DNA of 64,000 nucleotides from assembly GCA_050084515.1 (NCBI GenBank), contig CM114271.1, forward strand, positions 12,276,001 through 12,340,000, in the 5' to 3' direction. The number at the start of each line of letters is the position of its first letter. Position 1 is the stretch's first letter. Under the pieces are notes generated by a model that saw only the letters and a list, made by a program, of their open reading frames with translations, was not told the origin of the DNA and searched no databases. Shown here one piece after another: positions 1 through 12,999 of this stretch. The position numbers and the translations under genes were made by a program. Source of the stretch: Blasia pusilla (Eukaryota).

Positions 1-780
1 AGATCCACTTCTCAAAATGAGAAGGAGGATCAATCAGAACTCAGGTTTCGGTTCTAGAGACGAGAATTGAGTCCGAACCGGGGCATTCGGAACTGTAGCT
101 CCAAAATGAGATCAAGGGCCTCGTTCCCAGCTTCCTCACCATCGAAATTAGAGATCCAATTCTCAAAATGAGAAGGAGGATCAATCAGAACTTAGGTTCT
201 GGTTCCAAATATGAGAACTGAGTCTGAACGGGGGGCATTCAAAACTATAGTTTCCAAATAAGATTGCGGGCCTCCTTTCCAACATCCTCACCATTAGAAC
301 TCTGGATCCAGTTCTCCAAATGAGAAGGAGGATCAATCGGAACTCAAGTTTCTATTCCTAACATGATAACTGAGCCCGAACGGGTGCGTTTGGAGCTCTA
401 GTTCCCAAATAAGATTGCGGGACTCCTTCTCGGCTTCCTCGCCGTCAGAACTAGAGATCCATTCTCAAAATTATAAAGAGGATCAATCGAAACTCACATT
501 CCGGTTCCATATACAAGAACAAACTGTAGCTCCCAAAAATAATCGCGGGGCCTCTTTCCCAGCTTCCTCACCATCGGAACTATAGATCTAGTTCTCGAAA
601 TGAGAAGGAGGATCAATCAAAACTCAGGTTTCAGTTCCTGACACGAAAACTAAACCTGAATGGAGGCATTGGGAGACCTCACCACCGGAACTAGAGACCC
701 AACTCTTGAAATGAGAAGGAGGATCAACCGGAACTGAGGTTCTGGTCCCAAAAATGAGAACAAAGTTTCTAAATCAAATC
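1..780. repeat. Diverged tandem array, ~150-bp unit (runs off the window start)
   Basis: The motif AGATCC-N-TTCTC-N-AAATGAGAAGGAGGATCAATC recurs at ~1, 152, 305, 455, 583 and 693; later units carry deletions. Confidence 0.9.
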
Positions 781-2429
781 GCTGGAACTGTTCCCTCTAG
801 TGCTAGAAATGAGAACGAGAATCTACGGCTTACTACTCAGAAATGAAGTCTGACATGAACTGTGCGAGACCTCTAACAAGCTTGCTGGATGGGCATGATA
901 CTAGTTGGATGTGCGCTTGATAGGCCAAGCACATTGGATTTTCAAATAAATTATATGACTTGAGCAATCGGAATGTTAGTACCATCTTGTATTCCTTTTA
1001 CAAATATAATGATACAATGCCAATGCATCAGACGCGTTTCGCGCCGAATACACATTGAAAAATATCTGGTGGAGACTATGTTCTCTTTAACCTTCACAAG
1101 AGATCTTCCTTTAGGGTCCGAAGTCATAGTATCTGAAACCCCTAGAAAGGCCTTTTCTATCCTGCCGCAATTGACATCAAAACAAAGTCCTATTAAACTC
1201 CACTCCTATTAAACTCCACCGTACCAGATCGAAAACAACACAATTGTTGTATTCGGAGGGAGAAGAAAAAAGAACCTCGCGATTGTATTTCCGCGTCGAC
1301 CTACAAAAGATCAACAACCGGGCGCACACATTCTTCCCTCACTTCTAGAGCAAGCGCTCTCCACCTCTAGTGTTGAGACTCCGATGTAGAGAGATTGCTA
1401 GCAAAAAAATGATCTGGGAAAACGTTGGTACTTATACTTGCCATTCCTGCCAAACTCGATGTTTGACTAGCGAATCAAATTAGATCGATGTCAGCACACC
1501 TACGTTACTTAACATAATTCTCACATCGATTTCAAATTCCAAATTTGGCCATCATAGATTGACGATTCGTGTTAGGAGTAAATATCGCTCATCGGATCAA
1601 AGTCTAGATTAATTAAGCTAGTACTCACATCAATTTCACAATTCAAATTTGGATGTTATAGATTAGTGATCGGTGTTAGGAGAAGACATCGCGCATTAGA
1701 TCAAAACTCCATATGTCAAAATCATCCGAGCCACTCCTCAATCAGCTATGAAAACCAATGGCTTAGAATGATGAAAGGGCACGGATCGATCACCTCAAAC
1801 TGACTCCAATTGGAATCCTATACAATCCTTGCTCATTCCATTAGAATGGTTTTCTCCTTATTCCTCTATCAACCTAACCTTAGGAGCCCAGTATCCCAAC
1901 GTCCTCTGTCCCTCCCCGTCCGTTCTCTTCAATCCATAACGTTTCTTTACCACATTATCACAATTGTAACCATAGTCTAGAGACGTCAGGCCTCCGCTAT
2001 CCTAAGCTAATGAATTGAACCTCTTTACGGGCTCTACACATAAGTCATCTATTTTTTCCTCTTTTGGACCATCTATCATTTTAAATCGATTCCACTTAGG
2101 GTCTCTATCCACACAAATTTCCTTCTCACGAGGGCCTCCGCTAATCCAACAAATCGATTTGTGACTTCAATTCTTGCTTCATCATCATCGCTTTATAAGC
2201 AAATTATCTTGATATAGAGTTGAATCACCATTCAAATAATCTTGTAAGTGTGATGCAAACTCTGTAATTTTTTATTTCTAGTACTTTTTTTTGGAATAGA
2301 TTTATAGAAGAATAGGCATTAGACTCCAATTTGACCATATTTGCAGATGCAGTACTAATTATATCCAACCGAGCCAACCATGTCAAATAGGTGTAACCCT
2401 GCACAGGGTTTCTCGGAAAAGCTCCAAAG

Positions 2430-4235
2430 CCTGAATTGGATCTGAAGATCCGATTCTACCTGAATTGGCCTGTCTACTTTCACAAAATCGTTGAAAGTGC
2501 CCTTCCCATGTCTGGAAGAGACGCCTCAGGTTCTACTCTATGGGATCTTAAGATCCAATTGAAACTCATTCAGAACTTGAGTTCTAATTGGGCTCTCATA
2601 AGTGCATGGCGCCCATTGAAAAGATATCCAGTTGAAACCATAATTCCGAATCAGGCATTTGTGCATGATGGCATCGCCAGAATCGGATCTTAAGATCAGA
2701 ATAGGACATTAAGATCCAATCAAGAGCTTCACTTGGGAAAAGTGTGGCCCTCAAGGGTATTTGTCTAATTGGAACTATAGATCCGAATGTGTCGAGGTAG
2801 TATCCACATAAGAAAGTCATATGAGAGTTTGCAAGCCGAGTGGCAAGTAGTCCATTTCCATCTCTCGCGGAGAGGTGCCCGATGTTCTTCCAAATGGGAT
2901 CTTATGATCCGTTAGAAGGTCATTCGAAACTATAGTTCCCAATCATCTCCAGGTGAGAGAATCTTGGCCTTCAAGCTCGCAAACCCTCTCATGACTTTAT
3001 TAGGAATATTCAAAATTATAGATCGAGTTAGAGAACAACCCTAGAGGCTGACATTTTTCTCTGCTTAAGAGTGGACCTTAAGATCCACCCTTTTCGACTG
3101 GATCTTAAGATCCAATTTGCCCATTTTCCACTGATCCTTTTATCGGATCTTAAGATCCGATTGAAGGTCATTCGGACCTCCACGTGCCTCTCAGCAAACA
3201 GTCCACATTTTTTCTTAATAGATAATACACGATTCACAGAATCGCAATAGAGGCGCAATGAACATTTTTTTCAACTCTCTGCTGACGTTATTAGGTGGAT
3301 GGCTCCTCGCAAAATTTTGAACCAGAGTTCCAATCAGACTTACCCTTCCTCATCCCGATTGGATCTTAAGGTTAAATTCACCCACAGTCCAGTGATCCTT
3401 CGATCAGATCTTAAGATCCGAGTTAAAGACATTCAGACCTCCGCGTGCCTGTCAACGGAAGTTGCCAGTATTGTTGGAATTTTTTGTTCCCGTCTCGCAG
3501 AGAGGCGCCCGATGTTTCGCTCGAATGGGATCTTAAGATGTGCCTGAAGGTCATTCAGAACTATAGTTGTCAATCATCTCCAAGTGAGAGAATCTTGGTC
3601 TTCACGCTCGCAAACTCTCTCCTAACTTTATTAGGAACATTTGGAACTAAAGTTTGAGTCGGAGAACTACCCTAGAGGCTGATGCTTTTCTCTCCTTAAG
3701 AGTGAAACTTAAGATCCACCCTTCTTGATTGGATCTTAAGATCCAATTTGCCCATTTTCCATTCATCCTTTTATCGGATCTTAAGATTTGATTGAAGGTC
3801 ATTCGGACCTCCGTGTGCTAGCCAGCAGACAGTCCATATTTCTTCTAAACAGATAATCCAAAATTCACGAAATTGGGATAGAGGCGCAAAGCAAGTTTTT
3901 TTCAACTCTCTACTGACTTTATTAGGTGGATGGCTCCTCGCAACATTCAGAACAAGAGTTCCAATGGGACATATCCTAGAGGTTGTCATTCATCCTGATT
4001 GGATCCTAATGTCCAATTTGCCCACAGTACAATGATCCTTGAATTGGATCTTAAGATCCAAATTAAGAACATTCAAACCTCTGCGTGCCTGTCAGTGGAC
4101 AGTCCACATTTCTTCTTGACAGATAACCCACGATTCATAGAATTGCGATAGAGGCGCAATTAAGATCCAATCGAGAGCTTCACACCTTAGAGGTTTCCAC
4201 TCTTCCTGATTGGATCTTAAGGTCCAATTCGCCCT
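2430..4235. repeat. Palindrome-rich array (GGATCTTAAGATCC core) with ~630-bp higher-order period
   Basis: The 14-bp palindrome GGATCTTAAGATCC or variants recurs many times. The block starting TCTCGC-G/A-GAGAGG appears at 2863 and again at 3493. Confidence 0.88.
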
Positions 4236-4336
4236 GTCCAATGAGATGATTATAATTCTGCCCCACTTTCCATTTGGTGTATGGCTAACAATTAATTGGC
4301 ACTTCCATGTTATGGTGCACATTTCAGATTCATTAA

Positions 4337-4520
4337 ATGGAATTTTGCATTGGTGATGTAGTGTATCTACAAGATGGATCATCCATCTCTAGTGGAAGAG
4401 CTAAAATTGTGGACACCAAACCTGAGAGAATAGTCCACAGCATACCACTTGGTAAGGACTCCTTGTACATATCTTTGGAGGAAGTCTTCAGAAGTTCAAC
4501 AAGAAGTTACAATGGAGAAC
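4337..4520 (+). pseudogene. Fragment resembling the En/Spm TnpA C-terminal (DUF8039/Transposase_23-like) beta domain
   Basis: GDVVYLQDGSSISSGRAKIVDTKPERIVHSIPLGKDSLYISLEEVF resembles the HxxxIPxGxxxVxL pattern of the ORFs at 9579 and 58878. Confidence 0.45.
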
Positions 4521-4619
4521 CTCGATCTGTCCGATTTTTATTGGAGCATTCATCACATGGCCTCGTAATGGAGTTACAACAACTAATACATATGATGGAT
4601 ATGAGGATGTGGAAGGAGG

Positions 4620-7600
4620 GCCTCATTTCCCCACACAATATTCAAAGAAATTTTTCTTAAAATATTTGAAGGGATGAGAGCTTCTTATTGGTTCACGACG
4701 TATTGCCGAAAGCTTCGATTCACATGAGATCCAACTTATATCCTTCTTTTACAACCAACGGCAACCGTGGGTGTGCGTAATAATTGATGAGTCATACAAC
4801 GAACCAACTATCCACCCGGATGGAAGAAGGCTACAAGATATGGTGGGAATATTTGCAAAATACCCAAGATATCTGATTACAGAAATATACAATTATACCA
4901 TAGATATTAGGAAGAGAAAGCACTCAACGTGCAATACCTCCATCGATGTCCAAGTTGCGGTTCCCATGATTGGTCGTATGGAATCAGACTTTTTACCAAT
5001 GCAACTTACAGAGAACAATGGATGTCTAAATATCGGAGAGGGAATTGTTTACTAAGTCTATCAAAATGACGAAGTTGGTGGTCAAAGAGGAGGGAACACC
5101 ATGTTGCCGTATTCATTACCAAGATCATCAGCCGTCTTACATGCTACAAGGTTCTTGAAAGGAACTTAGTCATATGGCCTACGACATCCTGTATTGTTAA
5201 AGATGGACAAGACTTGTGGACATGCTACTTGGAGTGTTCAACCATGTCCCAAGGGGCCGTTGAAGCAATAATAGGCAAGAGGAAGAGAGCTTACATGTAC
5301 ACTTATTGGTGTAAGAAGCGATGTCTACCAGGGGCCACCAAAACAAACAAAAAGCTAACAGAGGAAGATTCATCACAATTGGCGTCAAAAAATTATTGCG
5401 GATAATTCTATTGCCAATATACGCCGAGAGATTTTGTTCGTTCAAGCATAGAGAAGTATTGGAACAAATCCTTTTAGGACAAAAGGAAATCACTCCACGC
5501 CATGGTGCATTCGTCTTACTTCATTGATGGACGGATTGTGCAATTGGAAGGTAGAAGGGTATGCCTCTTAGGTTGGCGATAGATCCACCGTCTTGGAAAA
5601 ATGAGCTTTGAGGACGAAGTAAGAAATGTTAGAGATGGCAAGATGCGCACAGGGCATGAGAACCTGGGAAGAAATTGCATAATCCAGAAGATGGTGCAAG
5701 CGGTGGAAACGATAAAGCTGATAATTGAGGAGACTAGATATCGGATGCCCCACAAGGAAAGAACAATGTCAGGCTTGCCAAGAGCGTGGCAACAAACCAA
5801 AGATTTGGCTCTAGCTCAACCGTTTCGTGTTACTTGTATAAGTAAATGTAGTGAAATAACACTCCATTATACTAGAAAATGGTTTAGGGTGCAGATGACA
5901 ATTAGCATGTCCGTAGGGCTATCTTGACGTCGCTCACATAATAGGACTTAAGTTCCCATTTTTATTCCACACCCAAAACTGTTCCCTAAGGAGAAAGAGA
6001 TCGCTCTATGCCTGATCCCTCAATTGGAACTGAAGTTCTCATAGGACGTTACATTTCTTATATTTCTTGGCTAATGGAACTTGCGGATGCATGTATTACT
6101 TGCCGTAGGTACCCAGTTTGGAGAAACAGTACCTTCTTTAGGTACTTGAATATTAAGTTGAATTAACTTTTACTCACTCTTTTTCTTATTGCAAATATCT
6201 TCACTCATGGGCATGGACCATGTGCAATTGCTCAATTTGACATAGGAGTCTACAAGTGGGGATCTAATTGGACAATTAGATCATTGGAAAAGTTGTTCCG
6301 GAGTTTGGAAAACCCCCGTGGTGAAATACAGGAATTCTTGGACGGGCCTGACCTAACTCCACTTCACAGTCGATTCTTAAAAGGAAGGGAAAAGCTTGAT
6401 GGATTACTCCGTGTAGCTTATAGGCTCATAGAGTCTACCAAAGAGGGACCAAGGAAGCTGCCAAAGATTCTGAATCTACAAATGGATAACTCTGGAAAAG
6501 ATAAAAAAAATATTTTTGTCATGACATACTTGGCCCTTTTGGTTCACACGGAGTATTCGAAGAGATTCACTTGGCTTTTCTCATCCCCGGGCACACTCAC
6601 GAAGATGTTGATGCTATGTTTAGCAAGTTTTTGAGAACTTTGCGGTGACACAATGCATACGGGCCATTCAAAGATCTTGCGACATAGTTTTTTAACTCCA
6701 CCTCACCGAATCCAACACCACAAGTGGCTCAGGATATTCCCGACTTCAAGGAGTACTTGAAAGATTTCATCAAGCATAAGACAAAAAATCAATGGTATGG
6801 ATTGTAGAAGCTAGGTCGATTTTGATTTACTAGATCTCCGGATGGTATGCCCATCATGCATTGTAAGATGTATGGTTTCGATAAAGAGTGTCTACCGAAT
6901 GAGCATGGATATGACATGTTTTTACGTCATGAAGTTACTCAACATCCTCTTATCCCTACTAGGAATCCAAAGCGGTTACTGCCCACACCTTTCAAAGCAT
7001 TTTCTGATGTGAAGAAAGGTGTATCTCAGTACATTGAGTACTTTGATAAGATGGGAAGCAAGTCTTTCGGAGGCACAAGGGTGGAATTCCAACAATTACC
7101 ATGATAGTGGAGGAAGACAATTGAGGAATTGGATCGATGGTTTCCTCGGAAACCTTGAGGATAAGGCTCAAAACCTACGATTAAATCACAAGACATCAAC
7201 AGATGATGATTCTTCTACCAATAATAGAACCAGTTTGATAGTCCATGGCATCGGTTCATTGTTCTCTAAGACATTGGAAGATTTTTGTCCTCTAACCAAA
7301 CAAAGCACTCAAGTTCCTATTGTCTTTGGAAGTGGAATTCCCCCAAATCGAGATCACTATTGTGGGCCCACTAGATTCAGAGTTGATATGTTATGAATGG
7401 AGGAAACAAAAATTGCATTGGTAGATTTCAATGTTGGAGACTTTGTCAAGAAAGAAACAAATATCCCATATGGATGGGACAAGTTCTAGTTAGAGTTGGT
7501 GAAGATAAAAATTTCAGAATTTAGTATTGGTAGCCATTGAATACATTTGGAAGAGGGAACATAGCCCCAAGTAGGAGATATCAAAATTGGGATGTAAAAC

Positions 7601-7760
7601 AATGGGAGAAGAATAGTAGTGAAAAAACAATGTTGTGTCCACATGACTCGATTATAGCATCTTTCGCTAATTCAACATATGCAATAGAGGTTGGACTAGT
7701 GAGTATTCCTATTGATGTGGCTAATTTTGTAAAGTCTAGAGTAACTTTTGGCACTAACCT
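4620..7760 (+). pseudogene. Degenerate DDE transposase, DUF7869 / Sola1-like (copy A)
   Basis: Frames joined across stops and frameshifts give LEGRRVCLLGW..TGHENLG..RMPH (~5540-5750), LPKILNLQMDNSGKDKKNIFVMTYLALLVH (~6460-6545) and FLIPGHTHEDVDAMFSKF (~6575-6630). The LQxDNxxxxNKN...GHTHEDxD signature is typical of this family. Confidence 0.8.
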
Positions 7761-7859
7761 AGTTTCCCTAAATAAGACTACACTCTATATCAAAATAAGT
7801 CCCAAAACCTATTCGTTTACAACCTTGAACAGATCATTTATCTTAAACCCTTCAAACCG

Positions 7860-9380
7860 TAAGCCCTAAGGGATTAATAGGCCTAAACCATAAAACCTAA
7901 ACACTAAGCCCTAGCTAGAAATCCGGAACCCTTTGTTGAAGCCTAGACCGTATACACTAAACCCTAAATCCTAAACCTTAAATCCTAAAACCTTAGCCAT
8001 AAACCATAAATCCTAAGCCATAAACCCTAAACCCTAAACCTAAACCCTAAGCCCTAAACCCTAAGCCATAAGCCCTTAACCCTAAACCCTAAGCCAAAAA
8101 CCTTAGACGCTAAGCCAAAAAAACCCTAAACCCTAAGCCAAACACCTTAAACCCTAAACCCTAAATACTAAGCCAAACACCCTAAACCCTAGAACCTCAG
8201 TCATAAACCCTAAGCCCTAAGCCATAAACCTTAAACCCTCAACCACAAACCCTAAACCTTAGAACATAAGCCATAAACCCTAAACCCTAGGCCCTAAGCC
8301 TTTAGCCAAAAACCATAAACCCTAAGCCATAAACAAGGTTGTACGGAAATGGACATGTCCGTCCATGGGACAGACATGTCTAGACATATCCTCACACATG
8401 CCCGAACCGCACCCTGGTGCACATCCGAGCCCGCCCGGAGCCCGCCATATAGACCCAGGCTCACGGAGCCCGCACCCGTTGCATGGCCCGTAAGGTGGGC
8501 TCCAAGCGGGCAAGTACGAGCTCTAAACGGGCACGTGTGGGCTCACAACAAGCACGCGCGGGCTCTCGATTGATTGGGCACGGGCTGCTGGCGGGCAGGC
8601 GCAGGCTCTAGGTAGGCGCCGGCTCCATGCGGGCAGGTGCGGGCTCAGGGCGGGCAAGTGCGGGCTCATGGCTGATTGGGCACGAGCTAGGGCGAGTAGG
8701 TGCGGGCTCCCAGCAGGCAGGTGCGGGCTTGGAGCGGGCAGGTGCGGGCTCGAGGCAAGCATGGGCTTCCGGCGGGCAGGTGTGGGCTCAGGCGCGGGCT
8801 GATGGCTGATTGGGCGCAGGCTAGGGCAGGCAGGTGCGGGCTCCAGGCGGGCAAGTGCGGGCTCTCGGCGGGCAAGCACAGGCTCAAAGGTTATTGGGCG
8901 CAGGTTCTGGACGGGACGGTGCGGGCTCCAAGCGGGCAGACGCGGGCATGGTGCGGGTAGGTGAGGGTTCCAAATGGGGGCGCAGGCTCAGGGCCGCAAA
9001 ATTTCAGTCTTGCAGACCAAATTTTGCGAGCCTTGAGCCGGCATGTGGGCTTAAGGCGGGCCTCAAGCCTGCACCGAGGATCCGCACCGAGCCTGCCCCA
9101 GGCTGGGCTATGGGCCACGCAACGGCTGCGGGTTGCGGGCGGGTCAGCTACGGGCTCGGGTGCAGGCCCCGCGCCCGCCTATCTGAGCCCCCACAGACAT
9201 GTCTACAGACAGTGAATTTGTCCGTGTGCAACATTGGCCATAAACCCTAAGCCCTAAGTGAATATTAAGTTAAAGAAGTATAGAGAAATGTTATTAATCT
9301 AAACCCTCAACCCTCCACCCTAAGACATAAACCTTACATCCGAAGCCATAAACCTTAAACCTTAAACCTTAACCCATAAA
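7860..9380 (+). repeat. Interstitial degenerate telomere-like array (CCCTAAA plus GCCATAAA/CCCTAAG variants), split by an insertion at 8334-9236
   Basis: Dense AAACCCTAAACCCTAA and variants at 7860-8333, resuming at 9237-9380. Confidence 0.92.
8334..9236. mobile_element. Non-autonomous hAT-like element, GC-rich, 903 bp
   Basis: Imperfect TIRs: CAAGGTTGTACGGA on the left, and the right end reverse-complements to CAATGTTGCACACGGA. An 8-bp direct repeat GCCATAAA flanks it at 8326-8333 and 9237-9244. AGACATGTCT lies near both ends, with internal GCGGGCAGGTGCGGGCTC repeats. Confidence 0.75.
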
Positions 9381-9499
9381 CATGGTTGAGATAGAGAGTA
9401 AAACCTAAGTTGTACTCCCATTATACTATGTCCTAGTGTGGTAATAATCATATTAGAACAAAACCAGGTTTTCTAAAAGACCACATTTGTCGAAATTGG

Positions 9500-11185
9500 T
9501 GTTTTATGTGATTGTGGATGCAGTTGACAATAGGGGATCATGTTTTTCTTTCAATGAATCTCAAAGGATGGCACACATGTGGGAGTGGGGAAAATATCTG
9601 GCATTGCAAGAGGGGATCAGTATCATAGTAGATTGATTCCTCTAGGTTATATCAAGATAGATCTTATTAGTGTTCAAGATCCAAAAGTTAAAATACCATT
9701 TCCCAACCACGATGATGATCCTCCACAAATACTCCTTAAGGATGCAAGAGGTTCTTCCGTTTTGTGGCCACAGAGATCAGTGAAAAAGATTCTAGGCCCA
9801 CATTAGTTTATGATGTGATTGGTCTTGTTTGTAGCTATTTTTACTTCACATGGACTTATAGTGTGAAAGTTAGTTTCATTTACCTACTATTTTTGTTGAA
9901 AGGATACGCTAGATATCTTATACTTGTCTTTAGTAGACTCTTCATTGTATATCCTTGTCCAAAATTTGAATTTCATAAGAACTCTTACTTTTTTCTGTAT
10001 GAAAGAATTTTGTTGGACAAAGTTGTCTAGGAATTACACTATCAAGTGGGTTTTTCACCACTTCCTCATGAATACAATGGACTTTGTATTGTACTTTGTT
10101 TCCCAAATTTCCTACGTTTGGGCTCTCAACTACCATTGAGAAAAATTTTAAAGAAGCATGTCAGATTTGCTGATTATTTGGTTTCAGATGAACTCAAGTC
10201 TAGTTCATTAAGTTTCTCTTTATTGGATCTTACAGTTTGCAATGAGCCCTTCATGAATGAGATATTGCCTTGATTTACCTATTTTTTCAGATTATTTAAC
10301 ATCAGAGTGAAGGCAAACAAGAGTCCCTAGTGTGCCTTCATTGATACATGAAAATTTCCGAGCAATACTTATCCCATCAATCTAGTTTCTAAAATGAAAA
10401 GGGATAGAAGTTTTCCAGTTATGAGGGGAATTTTTTTCATGATTAACTAATATACATTTTCTTATTCTATGGATTCTCTTACAAGAAGAAAGATCCCAAA
10501 TATATATCTTATTCTTCATTTGTTATATTGTACAAATGAAATCATAGTACTACTACGACTATCACTAGTTACAAGATTTATTATAGAACTATAACTAGTC
10601 ATAAAAAAATCACTATGCGTTCTTGGTACAACTACATGTAAACTAAGTGATAACACACATTATTACTACTGTCCACCATAGTATCAACAATAGACATGTT
10701 TGATTATGATTTTGACATGTGTCAACACATCAATGTATATAATCAACAAATACTACATAATATAAAACTAATATTAGTCTTGCATCATGAAAAATCCACC
10801 ATATGGACATTTTGAATCATTAGAAGTGTAACAAATTTCTTTTATTACAATGATTTTCAATCTTTTAAAACTAAATAACAACTAGAAATAGTCTCAATAA
10901 TAACTTGGCAAAGCAATGAGGCACATCAAAAATAATTCATTGTCAACGCAACATGGTTTCCATGTCATAACAATTATGTTAATCATGTTAATCACTAGGA
11001 TATTTCCTAGTTGTACATCTTGCCAATGTGTCTCTTTATAACTAGAAATCTTAAATAACAAGTCCTTTGATACTAGAGTGTTTTAGTTATAAATGTTAGT
11101 CACTAGTGGTTAAATATCCCTTTCAACTAACTATAGTAGTGTAATTGAGTGACTAATAACTTAATAAGGGCGTTTCCTTCTAATG
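9500..11185 (+). mobile_element. 3' remnant of a CACTA (En/Spm) transposon
   Basis: ORF 9579-9806 (GVGKISGI..YHSRLIPLGYIKIDL..PFPNHDDDPPQ..DARGSSVLWP) is a TnpA C-terminal-type domain. AT-rich subterminal repeats follow. The end TTTCCTTCTAATG (11173-11185) resembles a decayed CACTA TIR, and chromovirus sequence resumes immediately after it. Confidence 0.65.
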
Positions 11186-12975
11186 GGTACGTGAAGCAGG
11201 CTAACAAAAGTCGTTGCTGAGTGAGTTTCCAAGCAAGGAAGAACGTGTGGTTCATTGTGAAGAATCTTATTCTTCCAAAAGAGTTGTTCGTGAAGTTGTC
11301 TATCAAGTATACTAGACCGTATTTGATCAAGGCAAACCCGTTTGAGGATTTTTATACGTTGGAGTTGTTAGAAGAGTTCACGATCCATCTGACTTTCCAT
11401 GTGTCACTATTGAAGAGGTTCTTTAGGATAATGTACGTCCTTAAGCGAAGGAATATATTGAGACCCCAATCGGTCATCATAAAGGAAGAACCAAAGTTTT
11501 ATGTGGAGATCATCTTGTGTTCAAGACCTAGGGCCAACAAGTATGAGTACTTGGTCAAGTGAAAGGGCTCCCATATGAAGGAGGCAACTTGGATTGTGGA
11601 GGCAGATTTGGAACATGCACAAGAGGTCTTACAAGACTTCAAGAGGATGCAAGAACATCACATGCGTTAGTACATGGAGTATCTAGGGACATGACTTTTG
11701 GCCATGGAAGCTTGGGCCAAAGGCCGTTGTAACTAGAACTAGCTTGTTTTGCAATAGGGATGTTTACGTGTTGTGAGGAAGTCAAGCCTTAGTAGTAGAC
11801 TTAACTAGTTAGCTCATTTGTTGTATTAGGTTAGTTTGAAGGAACTAATTAAAGATTATCAAAGAGGAGAAGATAAATGTTTCTAAGTGGTACATGTGAC
11901 AACCTAAGACTTAAGCCAAAAGAGGAATTACATGTTTGCCACTAGAACGCAGTTCGATGTCAAGGGACGGGATTCCCCAGAAGACTTCACATTAGAAGGT
12001 TTATGTTGATGAAGGCATCAAACTCTAAAGAGATTTAAGTGTTGTGACAATCATAACCAAATGTGCCCTGATACAAAACATCCAGACTCTAGTAGGCTCA
12101 CACCAGGATGGATACGCATCAGAGGAGTGTCATGAAGGAGACATGAGATGTGAGATGCGAGTAAGATTTAGCGTTGCATGTGTTAATGGTCGTGACTTGG
12201 GAAACATGGACCAAATGCGAACCAAGACTTGAGAAGAGCCGAGTCGAATCTAAGAAGAAAGGATTTCCAAAGAGGATAAGAATCGGAATTTGAACTTTGA
12301 ATTGGTTTTACCATGTTTTAGGTAATAACGGTCACACCCAAGATGCATTTGGAACAAAAAAGATAGCGTTGGAAAGCTTGTGCAAGGCCAGTTCTAACAC
12401 ACCAAAGATCTAGACAAACACATGAGCAAAGGCCGAGAAATCTTCCAAAAATTGTCGGAAGGACAATTGGGTAGAGGGCCAAGAAGAGCGGCCTTAGAGT
12501 ACTTTCCCAAAAACAAAGGTAGTTTAGAGGACCCGAGAAGTATACATAAGGAGAAGAGTCTCCAAGGATCTTTGGGATTTGAATTCTACTTTGGAATCTA
12601 GAGGTTGGCATTGGGGTGTGAACACAAAGGCAAGTCCAAGGGAGTGAATTTTAGAGGTCATCCTTGGATTCTAACCTATGACTCAATTCTTGGGCCTCAG
12701 TTAGGGACTCGTGGAAGGTTCATTAGACAGTTGGGACCACTAAGCATACAAGCATTATTTTAGGTTCCTAGACTATCTAGGAAGTCCATTCCAAGTCTAG
12801 GAAGACTTGCTTGTATTGGGAAGTGAGGAGTTAGGGCATATTGACTTTGATGAATGACCCACGTTTAGAACTCGAGGAGTTGAAAGACTACGTTGACTCA
12901 AACCACGACTAATAAGAGTGTGTTTGGATGTAGATCAGTAGAGTGAACGTGACCTACTGAACTAAGGACAACATA
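11186..12975 (+). mobile_element. Old chromovirus 3' fragment: integrase C-terminus/chromodomain (11186-11670) and 3' LTR (~12040-12975)
   Basis: ORF 11221-11562 (KLSIKYTRPYLI..FHVSLLK..PKFYVEIIL..YEYLVK*KG) is homologous to 49015-49500. The LTR is homologous to 47308-48331. Confidence 0.85.
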
Positions 12976-12999
12976 AGTGTTTTTCTTTCCTTCAAATAA

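Noticed and set aside
1520-1705. ~105-bp two-copy duplication
   Set aside because: Real but ordinary; no function can be assigned.
1-4235. CRISPR-like array (palindromic repeats with spacers)
   Set aside because: The spacers are homologous to each other, the spacing is irregular, the context is eukaryotic TE sequence, and there are no cas genes.
7860-8333. True chromosome end
   Set aside because: The array is short, degenerate and internal.
8322-9250. Overlapping Ala/Pro/Gly-rich ORFs
   Set aside because: They result from GC-rich repeats lacking stop codons in all frames.
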